A DNA stretch of 64,000 bases. Origin: Phoronis australis (Eukaryota; Animalia; Phoronida). The stretch lies in the NCBI GenBank assembly GCA_002633005.1, contig NMRA01000112.1, positions 1-64,000 on the forward strand, in the 5' to 3' direction. Below, piece by piece: positions 62,459-64,000 of the stretch (within the stretch, counting starts at the first letter, position 1; every line of letters begins with the position of its first letter). The notes under the pieces are model-generated. The model saw only the letters and a program-made list of their open reading frames with translations, was not told where the DNA came from and did no database searches. The position numbers and the translations under genes are program-made.

Positions 62459-64000
62459 GCTGATGAATAGTCCCACGGGTTAATGAGGTGGACGACTGAA
62501 CCCCCGTACGTGGCCAGACAGAGAACGATATGCATAAGTCCTGCGCCCCCAGAGAGCTTCGGTAAGCCTTTATGCAAACAACCGTGAGTTAAACCGATAA
62601 ACACCGCTACAGGTAAACGCGACGGTGGTGTCCGTTTTCGAATACAGGGTGTCCCAAAACATTCCGAAAATTACTTCGAAATAACAGTTCCACGGACGAA
62701 ATGGTTTTATTGTTCATTAATAGTGTTTTTTTCTCATTCTAGGAATGCCAAATTTATTTTGTAAAGCAGAACTCTAAGGGAACATGTCTCATAGGACTCT
62801 TGACTTGTGTACCAGGAGTTGCTTCGTTTTGGCACCAAACGCAAGTAGATTTGCACGTCCTCTGCAGCTAGAGATTTTCAACATACCTGACACGCCAAGC
62901 AGCAGATTAATAAACAACTTTAAGGTTTTTCGCGCAGCCGAAATTTGAAGAAAGGGTGTGTAGTTTAAGAAGTGTTCGTTTGTAGAGCGTGAACTGTAAG
63001 AGAGTTGTGGATGACTGAAAATGCATTCGTCACCTACACGCAATTCTGTCCAATGCAAAACACATTTAGTGGTTCTGAAATTGAAAAAAAAAACAAAACA
63101 TTTCGTGNCTTGACTTGTGTACCAGGAGTTGCTTCGTTTTGGCACCAAACGCAAGTAGATTTGCACGTCCTCTGCAGCTAGAGATTTTCAACATACCTGA
63201 CACGCCAAGCAGCAGATTAATAAACAACTTTACGGTTTTTCGCGCAGCCGAAATTTAAAGAAAGGGTGTGTAGTTTAAGAAGTGTTCGTTTGTAGAGCGT
63301 GAACTGTAAGAGAGTTGTGGATGACTGAAAATGCATTCGTCACCTACACGCAATTCTGTCCAATGCAAAACACATTTAGTGGTTCTGAAATTGAAAAAAA
63401 AAACAAAACATTTCGTGGACTTCACTGCACCATACAGTAGACTATATGATTGCATAAGTATACAATGTAGATGAAAAGCGGAATCGCGCCGCTTTTCGAA
63501 CAAAATGGGATTAGAACCAAGGTCGCGTTTTGGCCCTGTTAGAAACAGTGTTTAATGTACGTTGACCCCAGATCTATTTTCGCTGCATGTTTTTGGGACA
63601 AAGAAAAAAAAGGTTATTATTTTCTGTACATATTGTACATATATCTGTCAATATTCATACCGTCTACTGCACTGTCTAAAGATGCTTTATAATGCGGGTT
63701 AGATAAATGCTATGTAGGACATTAGAGAAAAATATCCTAGGGTTAACTCCGGAACATCATATCTTATGTGAAACTTTCTTCAACATTATTCTCCAAATGA
63801 TGTTAGGAACTTTTCTAAATTGTCCACGGTTGCATGAGGGCCTGCCAAAATGGGATCTTTATGAAAAAAATGAAAAGTTATGTAAAACGAAAAGAAACTT
63901 AGAAAACTGTAACATCGTTTTTGTGAATATTTATGTCAAACGGAATTTGGTCATGTTATTGGCAACGTTATTTTGCTATGATTGTTCCTTTCTTGTTCCT

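Noticed and set aside
62643-62662. TA-CAGGGTGTCCC Tc1/mariner-like left end (similar at ~54413)
   Set aside because: No convincing matching right end or transposase within the window.
62799-63417. Near-perfect 309-bp tandem duplication and its twin ORFs
   Set aside because: The copies meet at N 63108; assembly artefact. The ORFs have no recognisable domain.

Overview
AT-rich, intron-containing animal (invertebrate-like) genomic DNA from a draft assembly, with single-N joins at 15099, 23517, 54023, 56175, 58490 and 63108. The only intact protein-coding content I can support is a minus-strand tandem array of four 4-exon genes at ~27.2-62.5 kb. They encode 219-221 aa atypical short-chain NAD(P)H-binding oxidoreductases of the flavin reductase/biliverdin-IXbeta reductase (BLVRB)-like family, with exon sizes 138/208/165/149-155 nt. 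The first ~24.6 kb is a decayed head-to-tail array of a ~1.8-1.9 kb unit of unknown origin, invaded by nested transposons: an Academ element, Helentron/DINE-1-like elements whose internal tandem repeats each carry a CTCF-consensus motif, a CR1/L2-type LINE with a 17-bp TSD, a Penelope-like fragment with a hammerhead-like motif, and mini-MITEs. Around the genes lie hAT-like elements with 5-bp TSDs, a solo-LTR-like element rich in heat-shock elements, further LINE fragments, and an inverted repeat pair enclosing the first gene. All alignments were made by eye; no database searches were run. Most short ORFs in the supplied track are spurious.
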